From the IMG/VR virus record IMGVR_UViG_3300032332_001158, positions 1 through 52,528 of that record: 52,528 nt of DNA; one strand, 5' to 3'. The position numbers and the translations under genes are program-made. Under the pieces are notes generated by a model that searched no databases, had not been told where the DNA came from, and was given only the letters and a program-made list of their open reading frames with translations. Of this stretch, positions 20,935-30,446 are shown in pieces. Every line of letters begins with the position of its first letter. The first letter of the stretch is position 1. This DNA comes from a virus (Duplodnaviria > Caudoviricetes).

Positions 20935-22839
20935 TTATATACATCTTATCATTCCTTTTATAACCCAATTATTAGTAGCAGCACTCGCTGTTATTTGAAC
21001 AAATGAACTACTAAATCTAGTTACTAAAGTAATATTACTAGCAGGTACTGCCCCGGTATATGAACCTGTCACATCATTCCAACTAATATTAGAACCACTC
21101 CATGCTGAGTATAGAGTGCCCATTCTGCTATATGAACCAGAGAATACAACATAATCAAACCATAATGCGTTATATGAGCTAGTAAGATAACCAGGTACAG
21201 TTAAATTTTGAGAGGGTGATGCAAAAGAACTATTAGCAGTTGAATCATACATTCCTTGAAATGTATTACTTCCAATTAATGTTTGACCATTTGATCTAAC
21301 ATCTACTATTGCTGTGCCTGTATTGTTGTTTACTGAGAATAATGAGCCTGAATTAGAATCATATACTTGTACAAATCCTCCATTTTGACCAGCTATTTGA
21401 ACTAATGGATCAGAAGTTAAAGATCCAGTTCCTATTACACGGAGTACAGTTTGTCCATTCGCTGAGCTGGATATTGCTAAAGAACCTGATATTGATCCTG
21501 TTCCTATTACTTGTAATGAATTAGAGACAATAAGCGATCCTGTTACTCTACTAGTGCCTATAACATTAGATGAGCTAGAGACAATAAGAGAACCAGTTAT
21601 AGTTTCTGTTCCAATTATTTGAGATGAACTAGAAACAATAAGTGAACCGGTTATAGTTCCTGTTCCAATTGTTTGGAATGAATTAGAAACTATTAATGAA
21701 CCTGTTACTCTACTAGCACCAATTACTTGTAATGAACTAGAAAGTATTGTTGAACCAGTTACTATTAATGAACCACTAAGATTAACAACATTAGTGGTTT
21801 TATTAAATGTAAAATTACCTGAGCCGCTAAGTGCAGCACCACCATCGTTAAATTGGATTGTTGTATTTGCTCCACCAGGTGTTGCTCCTCCTCCTCCACT
21901 ACCGTATGCTCCAGTAACATATAGTTGTCCATTACTTAAAACAACTACATTAGCTGCAGCACCGTTAGCATTTGAAGATCCTGACCAAGATAATGAGCCA
22001 CTAAAAGTAGTTGAACCGCTTATTAAAAGGGAAGATGTTATATTTTGAGTAGTAGATACTAATTTTACATATCTTAAATCAGCTTGATCTTGATTAAGAG
22101 TAGATAATGGAAACCATTTACCTGCTCCTCCAACATCAGAACTTTGACTAACAAATATATAAGCTAAACCATTAGGATTAGGAGTACTACTATCCCCAGA
22201 CACCACCCATACCGTAGCATTAGCTATAGAGCCTGTTTTAGCTCCTGAAGATGACGCTATTAAGTTATTTGTTCCGGAGGCAGATGCTCCGGTTAATACT
22301 GCTGTTAAATTAACAGTTACATTACCATTAACCGGGTCTGATCCGTTAACTTGCCTTACTAATGCTTGTATTTTACTTGAACCATCAAATCCTAAACCAG
22401 CTCCTATGCTAGCACTTATGTAATTAGAATTAATATCTATGCCTGGGCCTTCTAGATATGTTTGTCCACTACCTGTATCTATTGTAACATAAAATTTAGT
22501 AGTACCATCTCCTTTAGTGAATTCAATTGTATTTAAGGTAGCAGATGCTGTTAATAACAATGATCCAGTATTTGTAATTCCTCCACTACCTGTATCAACT
22601 GTGATGCTAAATGTTGTTCCATTACTTTTAGAAAAATTAATAGTATTTAAATTAACTGAAGCTGTGGTTAATCCTACAAATGAAGTTCCCGCTGTAGCTA
22701 TAGAATTAGATAAAAATATTAAAGTAGTATCTAACTGTTGGAAGGATAATGTTTGTCCATTAGAATAATTGTCTCCATTAGCTAAATAATATTCTCGAGT
22801 AACAAATTGTAAATCACTAGGTTGTATAGGTTGACCCAT
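20935..22839 (-). CDS. neck/tail fibre protein
   Basis: 634 aa, S/T/G-rich; LSFQQLDTTLIFL N-terminal anchor-like motif; tandem GSLIVSxS repeats. Confidence 0.65.
   Translation of the reverse strand: MGQPIQPSDLQFVTREYYLANGDNYSNGQTLSFQQLDTTLIFLSNSIATAGTSFVGLTTASVNLNTINFSKSNGTTFSITVDTGSGGITNTGSLLLTASATLNTIEFTKGDGTTKFYVTIDTGSGQTYLEGPGIDINSNYISASIGAGLGFDGSSKIQALVRQVNGSDPVNGNVTVNLTAVLTGASASGTNNLIASSSGAKTGSIANATVWVVSGDSSTPNPNGLAYIFVSQSSDVGGAGKWFPLSTLNQDQADLRYVKLVSTTQNITSSLLISGSTTFSGSLSWSGSSNANGAAANVVVLSNGQLYVTGAYGSGGGGATPGGANTTIQFNDGGAALSGSGNFTFNKTTNVVNLSGSLIVTGSTILSSSLQVIGASRVTGSLIVSNSFQTIGTGTITGSLIVSSSSQIIGTETITGSLIVSSSSNVIGTSRVTGSLIVSNSLQVIGTGSISGSLAISSSANGQTVLRVIGTGSLTSDPLVQIAGQNGGFVQVYDSNSGSLFSVNNNTGTAIVDVRSNGQTLIGSNTFQGMYDSTANSSFASPSQNLTVPGYLTSSYNALWFDYVVFSGSYSRMGTLYSAWSGSNISWNDVTGSYTGAVPASNITLVTRFSSSFVQITASAATNNWVIKGMIRCI
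21480..21790 (-). repeat. coding tandem repeat (about 18-aa unit TGSLIVSxSxQxIGTxxx), beta-helix-like fibre shaft
   Basis: 5-6 consecutive imperfect units visible in protein and DNA. Confidence 0.6.
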
Positions 22840-22847
22840 AATTTTTA

Positions 22848-23741
22848 TTATAAGTTAGGATTATTTTTCAAATCATTTATATTAGTAACAACTTCACTAT
22901 TAACAACTAATTTATTTCTATTAGAAAATTTACTAATAAATGTAGTATCTTTTTGTAATGTATCTGGTACAATGTAACCAAATAATTTAATTGTAAAAGC
23001 ACTTCTTACAGATCTTTCACCATTATCTGATAATTCATTTGTAATAGGGAATGAATCTATATGTGCTCTAAATTTAAAACGTTCTGGGTCACCCCAGTAC
23101 GCGTCTGAAGCATATTGGACTGCCTCGATAATTTTATTTAATTGATCGTTATAGTAAGTGAATATTACACAATCATATGTTATTGTTAAATAATCAGGTA
23201 CAACTGATGCATATAATGTTTCTTCAGGTTTAATTCCATTTAAAATATTAAACTTACTATAAGCATTTTGTTTACTATATCTTTGACCAGTAACTATTAC
23301 ATTATGAGGATTATTAGCGTCTAATTTGTTAGTTAGATTTCTATTTTTTTCAATACTATTTTTTTTAAAGGCAATAAGTGGAGCCATTATTCTACCTTGT
23401 AAATCTCTATAATAACCATCTTTTTGGAATGATTTCCATTTTTCAGGTGAACCATAAATAATAGGTACTTCTACTCTTTCTCCATTTTGAATAACAAATG
23501 GTTTAATAACATTTTGAAAATAATACATTATAGCCCAATCTAAATCTTCTAATCCAATAGATAAAGGTTTTACTGTGTCATCTTTATATGAAAATTGATT
23601 ACCTCTATTAACTTTATCAGCGTCATTAGGATTACCTGTAGGAGAAAACCCAGGTGAACCAACTGGTGGCTCATAAGGTGTCTGTAAAGACTCACTTATT
23701 TCTTTTTGTGTTTTTGGTATTGGTTTTCTTCTTTTAGCCAT
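22848..23741 (-). CDS. tail terminator / sheath stabiliser (T4 gp15-like)
   Basis: VEVPIIYGSPEKW motif; position after the neck genes. Confidence 0.7.
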   Translation of the reverse strand: MAKRRKPIPKTQKEISESLQTPYEPPVGSPGFSPTGNPNDADKVNRGNQFSYKDDTVKPLSIGLEDLDWAIMYYFQNVIKPFVIQNGERVEVPIIYGSPEKWKSFQKDGYYRDLQGRIMAPLIAFKKNSIEKNRNLTNKLDANNPHNVIVTGQRYSKQNAYSKFNILNGIKPEETLYASVVPDYLTITYDCVIFTYYNDQLNKIIEAVQYASDAYWGDPERFKFRAHIDSFPITNELSDNGERSVRSAFTIKLFGYIVPDTLQKDTTFISKFSNRNKLVVNSEVVTNINDLKNNPNL

Positions 23742-24250
23742 TATAATCTTTGTTTAATAATATTTATTCTATCTGCTGGTATATAATGGGTTTCACAAAC
23801 TACACTAACATTATATCCAAAGTTACCTAAACCTGGGTTAAGAGGATTAGCTTCATATGGATAATCAGGATCTTTACCTGCAAAGAATTGTCTAATATTT
23901 GTGTTATCTATTTCAAAATAACTTTCTTGATATAAAATAACATCACCAACTTCAGGATGAACACTAGCGTCTACTAAGTCATCTCTTAAAAATGCCACAG
24001 TAATAGGCCAATTAAAATCTACTCCTAATTCACTTGTAGGAGAAGTATTATCACCTACTGTAATTAATCCATTTAATAATACAGGACCATCAAAAAATTT
24101 ACCTCCTGATGCTTCTCCGTACATATTTACTTTAGTTTTATCTAAGACATATTTGTAGAAAGCACACTGTTGGGTGATAACATCATGTAACAGTTCTCTG
24201 TTAACTTTTCTTATCATTGATATATCTCTCGCAGAGCCGAATATTGCCAT
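23741..24250 (-). CDS. head closure / neck protein (T4 gp14-like)
   Basis: NMYGEAS..KFFDGP and PEVGDVILY motifs; synteny. Confidence 0.7.
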   Translation of the reverse strand: MAIFGSARDISMIRKVNRELLHDVITQQCAFYKYVLDKTKVNMYGEASGGKFFDGPVLLNGLITVGDNTSPTSELGVDFNWPITVAFLRDDLVDASVHPEVGDVILYQESYFEIDNTNIRQFFAGKDPDYPYEANPLNPGLGNFGYNVSVVCETHYIPADRINIIKQRL

Positions 24251-25404
24251 TATCCTATAAAGATTGTCATTGGTACATTATTAATTTCTTGTTTTCTAAA
24301 ATCACTTTCTTGAGCACGTCTTTCTAATAAAGAACGTTTAGAAGTCTCATCAAAATATCCTCTTATTCTTTCAATTAAAGCTTGTTTTTCAGCTGTTGCA
24401 GCAGATAATAAATCAGCTTGATTTAAAGTCATATTTTGATCAGGAATAGGAACTGTTGAGTATTTTCCTCTAACATATCCTAACATTTCCTTACATAATG
24501 CTAAAGTATATTCAAATATCCATTGTCTACCAATAGAATTTATTTGGTTATAAGTTGGGTTACCATAAGGAGCATTTGATGGATTAGTAACTGTGTTAGT
24601 TTGTATTAAACCATTTGTATAGCGTTCTTCTGTTTTAATATAATTGAACCATAAAAAACCATCTCTAACATCTTGATCTGATGGGATAGGGAATATTCTT
24701 AGTTTATTATTTATAATATTGAATGTATAAGCTGATAGGCGGATTGTGTTGCTTAACTCTATACCTTGAATTACCCCAGCATCATATGCTACTGGCATCA
24801 TTAAGTATCCTCCTCCATATCCTCCACCGTATAATCCACCATATAAACCAGCGGCTGGAACTCCTCCTAGACCAGCAAATCCACCAAATGGAGCGTACAT
24901 TTGATTTACAGCTGGAAGATTTTGGTAAAATAGTTGTTTTACTTCTATACTGCCTGATATACTTTGGCTTATCGCCCATTCTGCTAAATCATAATCTTGA
25001 ACACCGGGTGTTAACGCTAGTGCTCCACTATAATAAGTTACATTTCCTCCTACACCAGCTTCTTCACCATATTGTTGTGACATACGTATTATAGTAGCCA
25101 TATTAGGTGTTATAAGTGCGTTATTTAAATTTGAACTTGTAGGTGCACCCTCTAATGATAACATGTTATCTCTTACTTGATACGCGTAGAGTTCATTACC
25201 ATATGTAGTAATAGCTTCTTCAAACGCGGCGTAAAAGTTTAAATCCTGTAATTCAACTTCCATAATAGGATAACCTAAACGACGAGCAACAAATGTAGTT
25301 ACCTTATCAGCGTCAGCTTGAAATTGAACATCATAGTCATAAAATCCAAATGGAGTATTTCCAGGGATAAATGAACTTGAACCAGGATAAATAGGTATAT
25401 TCAT
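24250..25404 (-). CDS. neck / head-tail adaptor (T4 gp13-like)
   Basis: RRLGYPIMEVEL, WIFEYTLALCKEMLGYVRGKY, C-terminal PMTIFIG. Confidence 0.8.
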   Translation of the reverse strand: MNIPIYPGSSSFIPGNTPFGFYDYDVQFQADADKVTTFVARRLGYPIMEVELQDLNFYAAFEEAITTYGNELYAYQVRDNMLSLEGAPTSSNLNNALITPNMATIIRMSQQYGEEAGVGGNVTYYSGALALTPGVQDYDLAEWAISQSISGSIEVKQLFYQNLPAVNQMYAPFGGFAGLGGVPAAGLYGGLYGGGYGGGYLMMPVAYDAGVIQGIELSNTIRLSAYTFNIINNKLRIFPIPSDQDVRDGFLWFNYIKTEERYTNGLIQTNTVTNPSNAPYGNPTYNQINSIGRQWIFEYTLALCKEMLGYVRGKYSTVPIPDQNMTLNQADLLSAATAEKQALIERIRGYFDETSKRSLLERRAQESDFRKQEINNVPMTIFIG

Positions 25405-25414
25405 TATTTGTTTA

Positions 25415-25840
25415 TTATGTAGTTGCTATAAAATATTCAATTTTAGCAGATGAACCTGATGGTTCTGCTTTTACAGACACTATATCCTTAAAAGTCATTC
25501 CTGTTAAACTGCCTGTAATTTTGCTAGTTGATATCATGTATGAACTACCTGTACTGATTAAGTAACTCATAGCCTCTGTTGATGATGATACTATAAGTTT
25601 AACAGGAGCATTAGTTGTAGAACTGTTTGTTAATCTAACATATTGTATGCTACTTGTTACAAATGTTCCTGCACTATTAGCATCAGATAAAGAAAATAAT
25701 GTTGTAACTGATCCAGTAGGGATAGTAAATGTTCTATTATCAATATAATTTATACCAGATATGGTTTGAGTAGTTAATATTCCTCTATCATTACCATCTA
25801 AGGTTATTTTTTCATTTATAAGTACTGTTAAGTCTGCCAT
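25415..25840 (-). CDS. hypothetical virion protein
   Basis: 141 aa, beta-rich and S/T-rich; preceded by ATATTTATA. Confidence 0.55.
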   Translation of the reverse strand: MADLTVLINEKITLDGNDRGILTTQTISGINYIDNRTFTIPTGSVTTLFSLSDANSAGTFVTSSIQYVRLTNSSTTNAPVKLIVSSSTEAMSYLISTGSSYMISTSKITGSLTGMTFKDIVSVKAEPSGSSAKIEYFIATT

Positions 25841-25862
25841 AGTGTGTTTTACCTATAAATAT

Positions 25863-26558
25863 TTAGTCTCTGTACTCTGAATAAAGATTAAGTATTGGCT
25901 CTACAATTTCGTGTCTATGGTTAGTCTTAAGAGTAATTACTTTAACTCCCCTAATTTCCGCTTCTAATCGAGTAAAAAATCCAATTCCAGAATCTTTTTT
26001 CTGTTTTAAATCAGTTTGAGTGATGTCTCCACAGAATATCATTTTACCGCCTTTACCTAAACGACCTAAAATCATTTCAGTTTGACCATGAGTGATATTT
26101 TGACATTCATCTACAATAACTACAGCGTCTGGGAATGTTCTACCTCTCATAAATGCAAATGGTACAATTTCAATTTGCCCATCAGCAACCATTTTTTCTA
26201 TTTTAACTTTATCATATAACATATGTAAGTTAGCATAGATAGGAGCTAACCATGGATCCATTTTTTCTTTTAAATCACCTGGTAGGAAACCTATTTCTTC
26301 TTTAGCAACTGTTGGTCTTGTGATAATAATTCTATCAATATCTTTTCTGAATATTAAATCTAAAGCAACTTGACATGCAACTAATGTTTTACCTGAGCCC
26401 GCCATACCTTTAAGTAATGTTACTGGGTGGTCTAGAATGACTTGTTTTGCTTCTTTTTGTTCATCATTTAAAGTTATTTTAAATGTGATTGGGTTTTTAG
26501 GCTTCCTCTTTTCTTTGAAGATATTTTTTGCCTCTTCACTTCTGTTGAAATCTGTCAT
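25863..26558 (-). CDS. phoH: PhoH-like ATPase
   Basis: GMAGSGKT Walker A, IGFLPGDLKEK, FMRGRTF, IVDECQN, GDITQTD. Confidence 0.95.
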   Translation of the reverse strand: MTDFNRSEEAKNIFKEKRKPKNPITFKITLNDEQKEAKQVILDHPVTLLKGMAGSGKTLVACQVALDLIFRKDIDRIIITRPTVAKEEIGFLPGDLKEKMDPWLAPIYANLHMLYDKVKIEKMVADGQIEIVPFAFMRGRTFPDAVVIVDECQNITHGQTEMILGRLGKGGKMIFCGDITQTDLKQKKDSGIGFFTRLEAEIRGVKVITLKTNHRHEIVEPILNLYSEYRD

Positions 26559-26583
26559 GACTTATTATTTGTGTATAAATATC

Positions 26584-26612
26584 AACAAAAAAGCCCAGAA
26601 TAATCTGGGCTT
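26584..26612 (-). terminator. intrinsic terminator after the major capsid gene
   Basis: AAGCCCAGA-4 nt-TCTGGGCTT followed by TTTTGTT on the minus strand. Confidence 0.8.
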
Positions 26613-26639
26613 AATTGTTAGATATTATCTAAGGTTATC

Positions 26640-28325
26640 TTATAGGGTGTTCAAACCGTTAATAAAGATCTTACCATAGAATTCAGGGCGTAACATCTTC
26701 TTAGCGAAACGAGTCAACAATCCTTTACGTGGAGTGAAGGTTGATGGATCGTAGATAAGAGGAGTCATGATCAATGGAATGTATGGAGCAAATACAGCAC
26801 CAGCCTCTAAGAATTGCTTACCACGGAAACCAACTAATATAACGTTTTCAGTCATATATGGGTTCTTGTAAACAGTATAACGGCTATTGAATTGACCAGC
26901 TTTCTGTACACCAAATGCATATTCCATATCTTCAGCACCGTTAGCATTAGCAGCAAATCCTGGGATTGACTCTAAAATAGTTGATACAGTTGGAGATACT
27001 ACCATAAAGTTAGCACCACCACGTAAAGTCAACTGGTGAATCTTGTTGCTGATTTTGTTAACTTTAGTACCTAAAGTTTGGAACCAAGCACCTTGAGTGT
27101 TGTAGAATCCTAAAGACTGAGTAGGAGGAGTTGTAGCATCAGCTGTAACGTTATTAATAGCTGACCAGTACTCGATGTTATTAGATGGAACATCTTGAAT
27201 CAACATATCTAAGATTTCTAAGTCAATCTCTAAAGAGATGTACTCACTCATGATATTAGTCAATTCAGCTTCAGCATCCAAGTTTTGGTAAGCGTTCAAA
27301 TCTTGTGCAAATTCTGGTGTCCATGCAGCCTTTAACTTTTTAGTTTTAGCTGTGATGGCTTGAGATTGCATTGAGATATTAATTTCTGGGATAGTAATCA
27401 CAGAAGTAGATTGAGCGTTAGGAACTGAGTAAGAGTTAGCACCCGTAGTATCTTCGAAATCACCGCGTTTGTTATCAGCAGTAGCTTTATTATAATAAAT
27501 TGTAACTGTTGATGCTTCAACTAAACCACCTGCAATAGAACCAGTAGCAAAGAATGTGATAGTTCCAGAAGCTAATTCAGCTTGTGTAAATTGTGGGTAG
27601 AAAGATGATGAGATATCATATCCACTTGAACCTGAGGCAATGATAAATCCACGGATTGCATCTGGATCGTAGTTTGGAATAGATGAAGTACCAATTGTAA
27701 TTGCTTTAATCTCACCACGAGCTACAGATGCTGATAATGCTGTATCATATCCTACGTTAAGCCAAGAGGCTGTGCTGATCTTACCAGCTGCAATTGTTTG
27801 GTTGTTACCGGCTAATGCAGAAGGAACAGATGAAGTTTGGTTTGTAGAATATGTAAAGCGGCCTGCACCATATAAACCACCAGCTGGAGCTGGAGTTGCG
27901 AATGGGTACTGAGCACTTGTACGGTTACCATATAAAGAGTTAGTAGCTGTAAATGGGTTCTTAGTAGTACCATATTGGAAATCTAAGAAGAATACAAGAC
28001 CAGAAGGTAAGTTCATTGGTTGAACGCTAACGAATTCTTTCGCTGCGATTTGGCCAAATACCTTACGTACTAATGGTAATGCGATACCAGCCCATTGTTC
28101 ACCTTGTCCTACAGTGAATGATGCTCCAGTACCAGTTGAAGAAGCTTCAACTACTAATTGCTTTGCTTGGTTTTCCAACATCAAAGCCATGTTGTTTTTG
28201 TTTACGTCTTCGCCTAAACCTTCTAAAAGACCGGTTTTGCTCCATTTGTTTGCTAATTTAGCAGCGTCACCTTGCAATGACTTCCATGGATTTGCAGACT
28301 CGACTAATGATTGAATTGTGTTCAT
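26640..28325 (-). CDS. gp23: major capsid protein (T4 gp23-like)
   Basis: VSVQPMNLPSGLVF, AKTKKLKAAWTPEFAQDLNAY, EAELTNIMSEYISLEID, APYIPL. Confidence 0.95.
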   Translation of the reverse strand: MNTIQSLVESANPWKSLQGDAAKLANKWSKTGLLEGLGEDVNKNNMALMLENQAKQLVVEASSTGTGASFTVGQGEQWAGIALPLVRKVFGQIAAKEFVSVQPMNLPSGLVFFLDFQYGTTKNPFTATNSLYGNRTSAQYPFATPAPAGGLYGAGRFTYSTNQTSSVPSALAGNNQTIAAGKISTASWLNVGYDTALSASVARGEIKAITIGTSSIPNYDPDAIRGFIIASGSSGYDISSSFYPQFTQAELASGTITFFATGSIAGGLVEASTVTIYYNKATADNKRGDFEDTTGANSYSVPNAQSTSVITIPEINISMQSQAITAKTKKLKAAWTPEFAQDLNAYQNLDAEAELTNIMSEYISLEIDLEILDMLIQDVPSNNIEYWSAINNVTADATTPPTQSLGFYNTQGAWFQTLGTKVNKISNKIHQLTLRGGANFMVVSPTVSTILESIPGFAANANGAEDMEYAFGVQKAGQFNSRYTVYKNPYMTENVILVGFRGKQFLEAGAVFAPYIPLIMTPLIYDPSTFTPRKGLLTRFAKKMLRPEFYGKIFINGLNTL

Positions 28326-28362
28326 TTTTGAGTTTTTTTGGTTTTTGTTAATTTTTAATTTT

Positions 28363-29328
28363 TTATTTACGTAAACCTGCTAATCTTTGCATACGAGCAA
28401 AAGCATCATTTACTTCAATAATTTGTTCTTGTTTTGGGGCAGCAGTTGCAATTGTTTTAGAAGCTGATCCTAATGATTCTTTAATTGGTGATTTCTTAGT
28501 TGTTGTTTTTAAAGATTCAGTCAATGTTTCGAATACTAGTTTTACTTCTTTAACGGTTTCTGCTTTGTCAAATGTGTTTAAAACCTTTACTTTTTCTGAT
28601 TCGGTAAGATTCTTAGCTTTGAAGATTTTGTTAGTGTAAAGAAGCTTAGCGTTTAAAAGATTTACTTCGTTAAGTTCAACTTTTAATTCAGCAATAGCTT
28701 TATAAGCTTCTTTTAACTCTTTTTCTTTGTCATCTTTTTTCTTGTTGTCCTTTTTCTTTTTAGCTTCTTCTAGTGTTTCATCACTATATTCTGCTAAAAT
28801 TTCAGCTAAAAGTTCATCAATTTCTTCAACTTCTTCTTCCTCTTCTTCTTCTCCTTCTTCACCCATGTCATCCATGTCGTCCATATCCATGTCCATATCC
28901 ATGTCCATATCCATGTCCATATCCATGTCCATATCCATGTCATCCATGTCTTCTTCATTTTCTTCACCTGCCATTAACTTACCAGATGCGATCATGTCGT
29001 CAATTACCTGTGTTACAAGTTCTTCGATGTCTTCGTCTGACATTTCTTCTAACATTAGATCTTCATCCATTGTTTCTGATTTGTCACCTTCTGCCATTAT
29101 TTCCTCTTCTTCGGTAACTCCTAACTCAGCTAAAATTTCTTCTAAGCTGAATGTTTCGTCCATTGTATCTGCTTCATCCATCTCATCCATTTCGTTTAGC
29201 TTTTCAGCAAACATAGCGGTAAGTTGTGGAGTAAAAGCTTCTTCAAGGGCGGCTTTTGCACTCGCGATGGCTGTTTCTTTAATGGTTTTAGCCTCAGCGA
29301 TTGCTTCTTTAAGCATTTCTCTGTTCAT
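28363..29328 (-). CDS. prohead core scaffold protein (gp22 analogue); start revised to MNREMLKEA
   Basis: acidic coiled coil with many [LI]xE sites directly before the capsid gene; LNEVNLLNAKLLY and RMQRLAGL; the upstream extension crosses a terminator. Confidence 0.8.
   Translation of the reverse strand: MNREMLKEAIAEAKTIKETAIASAKAALEEAFTPQLTAMFAEKLNEMDEMDEADTMDETFSLEEILAELGVTEEEEIMAEGDKSETMDEDLMLEEMSDEDIEELVTQVIDDMIASGKLMAGEENEEDMDDMDMDMDMDMDMDMDMDMDMDDMDDMGEEGEEEEEEEVEEIDELLAEILAEYSDETLEEAKKKKDNKKKDDKEKELKEAYKAIAELKVELNEVNLLNAKLLYTNKIFKAKNLTESEKVKVLNTFDKAETVKEVKLVFETLTESLKTTTKKSPIKESLGSASKTIATAAPKQEQIIEVNDAFARMQRLAGLRK
28862..28950. repeat. coding microsatellite, (TCCATATCCATG) x5 core, encoding poly-(MD)
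   Basis: direct reading of the sequence. Confidence 0.9.
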
Positions 29329-29468
29329 TTTGTCCTCAATTAAATTTGTTTTGGAAATACGTTTATTAGAAACGTAATAGATTTTTTTGTTTGTAAATGC
29401 TACATATAGATCAGGGGTAGCATATTTGAGCATACATATATATAGAGATATGTAAGGTCGCGTTTTGT

Positions 29469-29523
29469 AAAAAAGAAATGCCCCGCTTTTGCGAGGCATC
29501 GATCCTAAAATGCTATTTTAGGA
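29469..29523 (-). terminator. tandem hairpins with an intrinsic terminator before the scaffold gene
   Basis: TCCTAAAAT-3 nt-ATTTTAGGA, then ATGCCTCGC-AAAA-GCGGGGCAT followed by TTCTTTTTT. Confidence 0.8.
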
Positions 29524-29531
29524 GGGGTTAA

Positions 29532-29831
29532 TTATTTAAAAGCAAGTTTAAGAATATAATCTATGATTTCATCAGACTCATTAACTATGTTTAATTCTAC
29601 ATCTGTTAACGGAGTACCATCTTTCCATTTAGCATATACTACACGTGCACCTGTAGTATCAGGGTCTTCTGCATCTATATCTATGCTTCCTATTCCTTCT
29701 ACATCAACTGTAGAATAGTCTATGCCTACTTTTTTTAATTTTGCCATAATAGGCTTAAACATAGCTTTATATCCAGAGTGTTTTTTTACAACAATCTCTT
29801 TAATTAATTGTTTTAGCTGGGTTTTATTCAT
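29532..29831 (-). CDS. hypothetical protein with the shared leader (MNKTQLKQLIKE)
   Basis: 99-aa ORF between the protease and scaffold genes. Confidence 0.65.
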   Translation of the reverse strand: MNKTQLKQLIKEIVVKKHSGYKAMFKPIMAKLKKVGIDYSTVDVEGIGSIDIDAEDPDTTGARVVYAKWKDGTPLTDVELNIVNESDEIIDYILKLAFK

Positions 29832-29834
29832 ATT

Positions 29835-30446
29835 TTAGAATATAGGACAAGTTCCATTAGCACAAAGTATATCTGTAATGATAGAGTTTACACCTTGATA
29901 CTTATTAATTTGAGTTGGTAATTTAGATTCATTCATCATACCTACTTCTTTCATATATGAGCCTGGGTTAGAAGGTGTTGAAACAAAGTCCCAACATAGT
30001 AATTCAAAATCGTCTTGTACTTCCATAATTTCACCCATTTGTTTTAATGAGCCCATACCACGAGATGAAACACCTACTGGTATGTTATTTTGAAATAATG
30101 CTGCTAATATATTTCCAGATGGTGTAGGTAAAATTTCTATTGCTCCCATTACGTGATCTCCATCCCACCACATTTTTTTAATATTGTGAGATACATTTTT
30201 TAAGTTAATAATAGAAGAATCAGGATGATCTAACTCACCTAAAGCACGATTTGCTTTAACATTCTCCATATATTTTTCAATCTCACGCTCCCATAAGTCT
30301 TTTGAGTAGTAACGGCCATTACCGTTTTTTACTTCAGCAGTTGCTAAAATACCCTCAACTAGTGGATTACCAGTTGATGATTTTCCTTCAATTAATTTAA
30401 CAGGTTTAGCTGTAAATGTTTGGGTTTCTATTAATACTTGTTTCAT
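29835..30446 (-). CDS. gp21: prohead core protease (T4 gp21-like)
   Basis: NGNGRYY, ALGELDHP (His), GVSSRGMGS (Ser), WDFVSTPS (Asp). Confidence 0.95.
   Translation of the reverse strand: MKQVLIETQTFTAKPVKLIEGKSSTGNPLVEGILATAEVKNGNGRYYSKDLWEREIEKYMENVKANRALGELDHPDSSIINLKNVSHNIKKMWWDGDHVMGAIEILPTPSGNILAALFQNNIPVGVSSRGMGSLKQMGEIMEVQDDFELLCWDFVSTPSNPGSYMKEVGMMNESKLPTQINKYQGVNSIITDILCANGTCPIF

Noticed and set aside
24782-24979. 65-aa alternative-frame ORF inside the neck gene
   Set aside because: A by-product of the Gly/Tyr-rich GGLYGG repeat in another frame, with no independent initiation signal.
28773-29117. CPYP-repeat metallothionein-like ORF
   Set aside because: It is the antisense reading of the poly-(MD) microsatellite in the scaffold gene.
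29329-29499. Longer 5' extensions given by the ORF track (starts at 29499, also 40964, 43594, 52274)
   Set aside because: They run through terminator or promoter elements or deep into the upstream gene; downstream ATGs fit the domain starts better.
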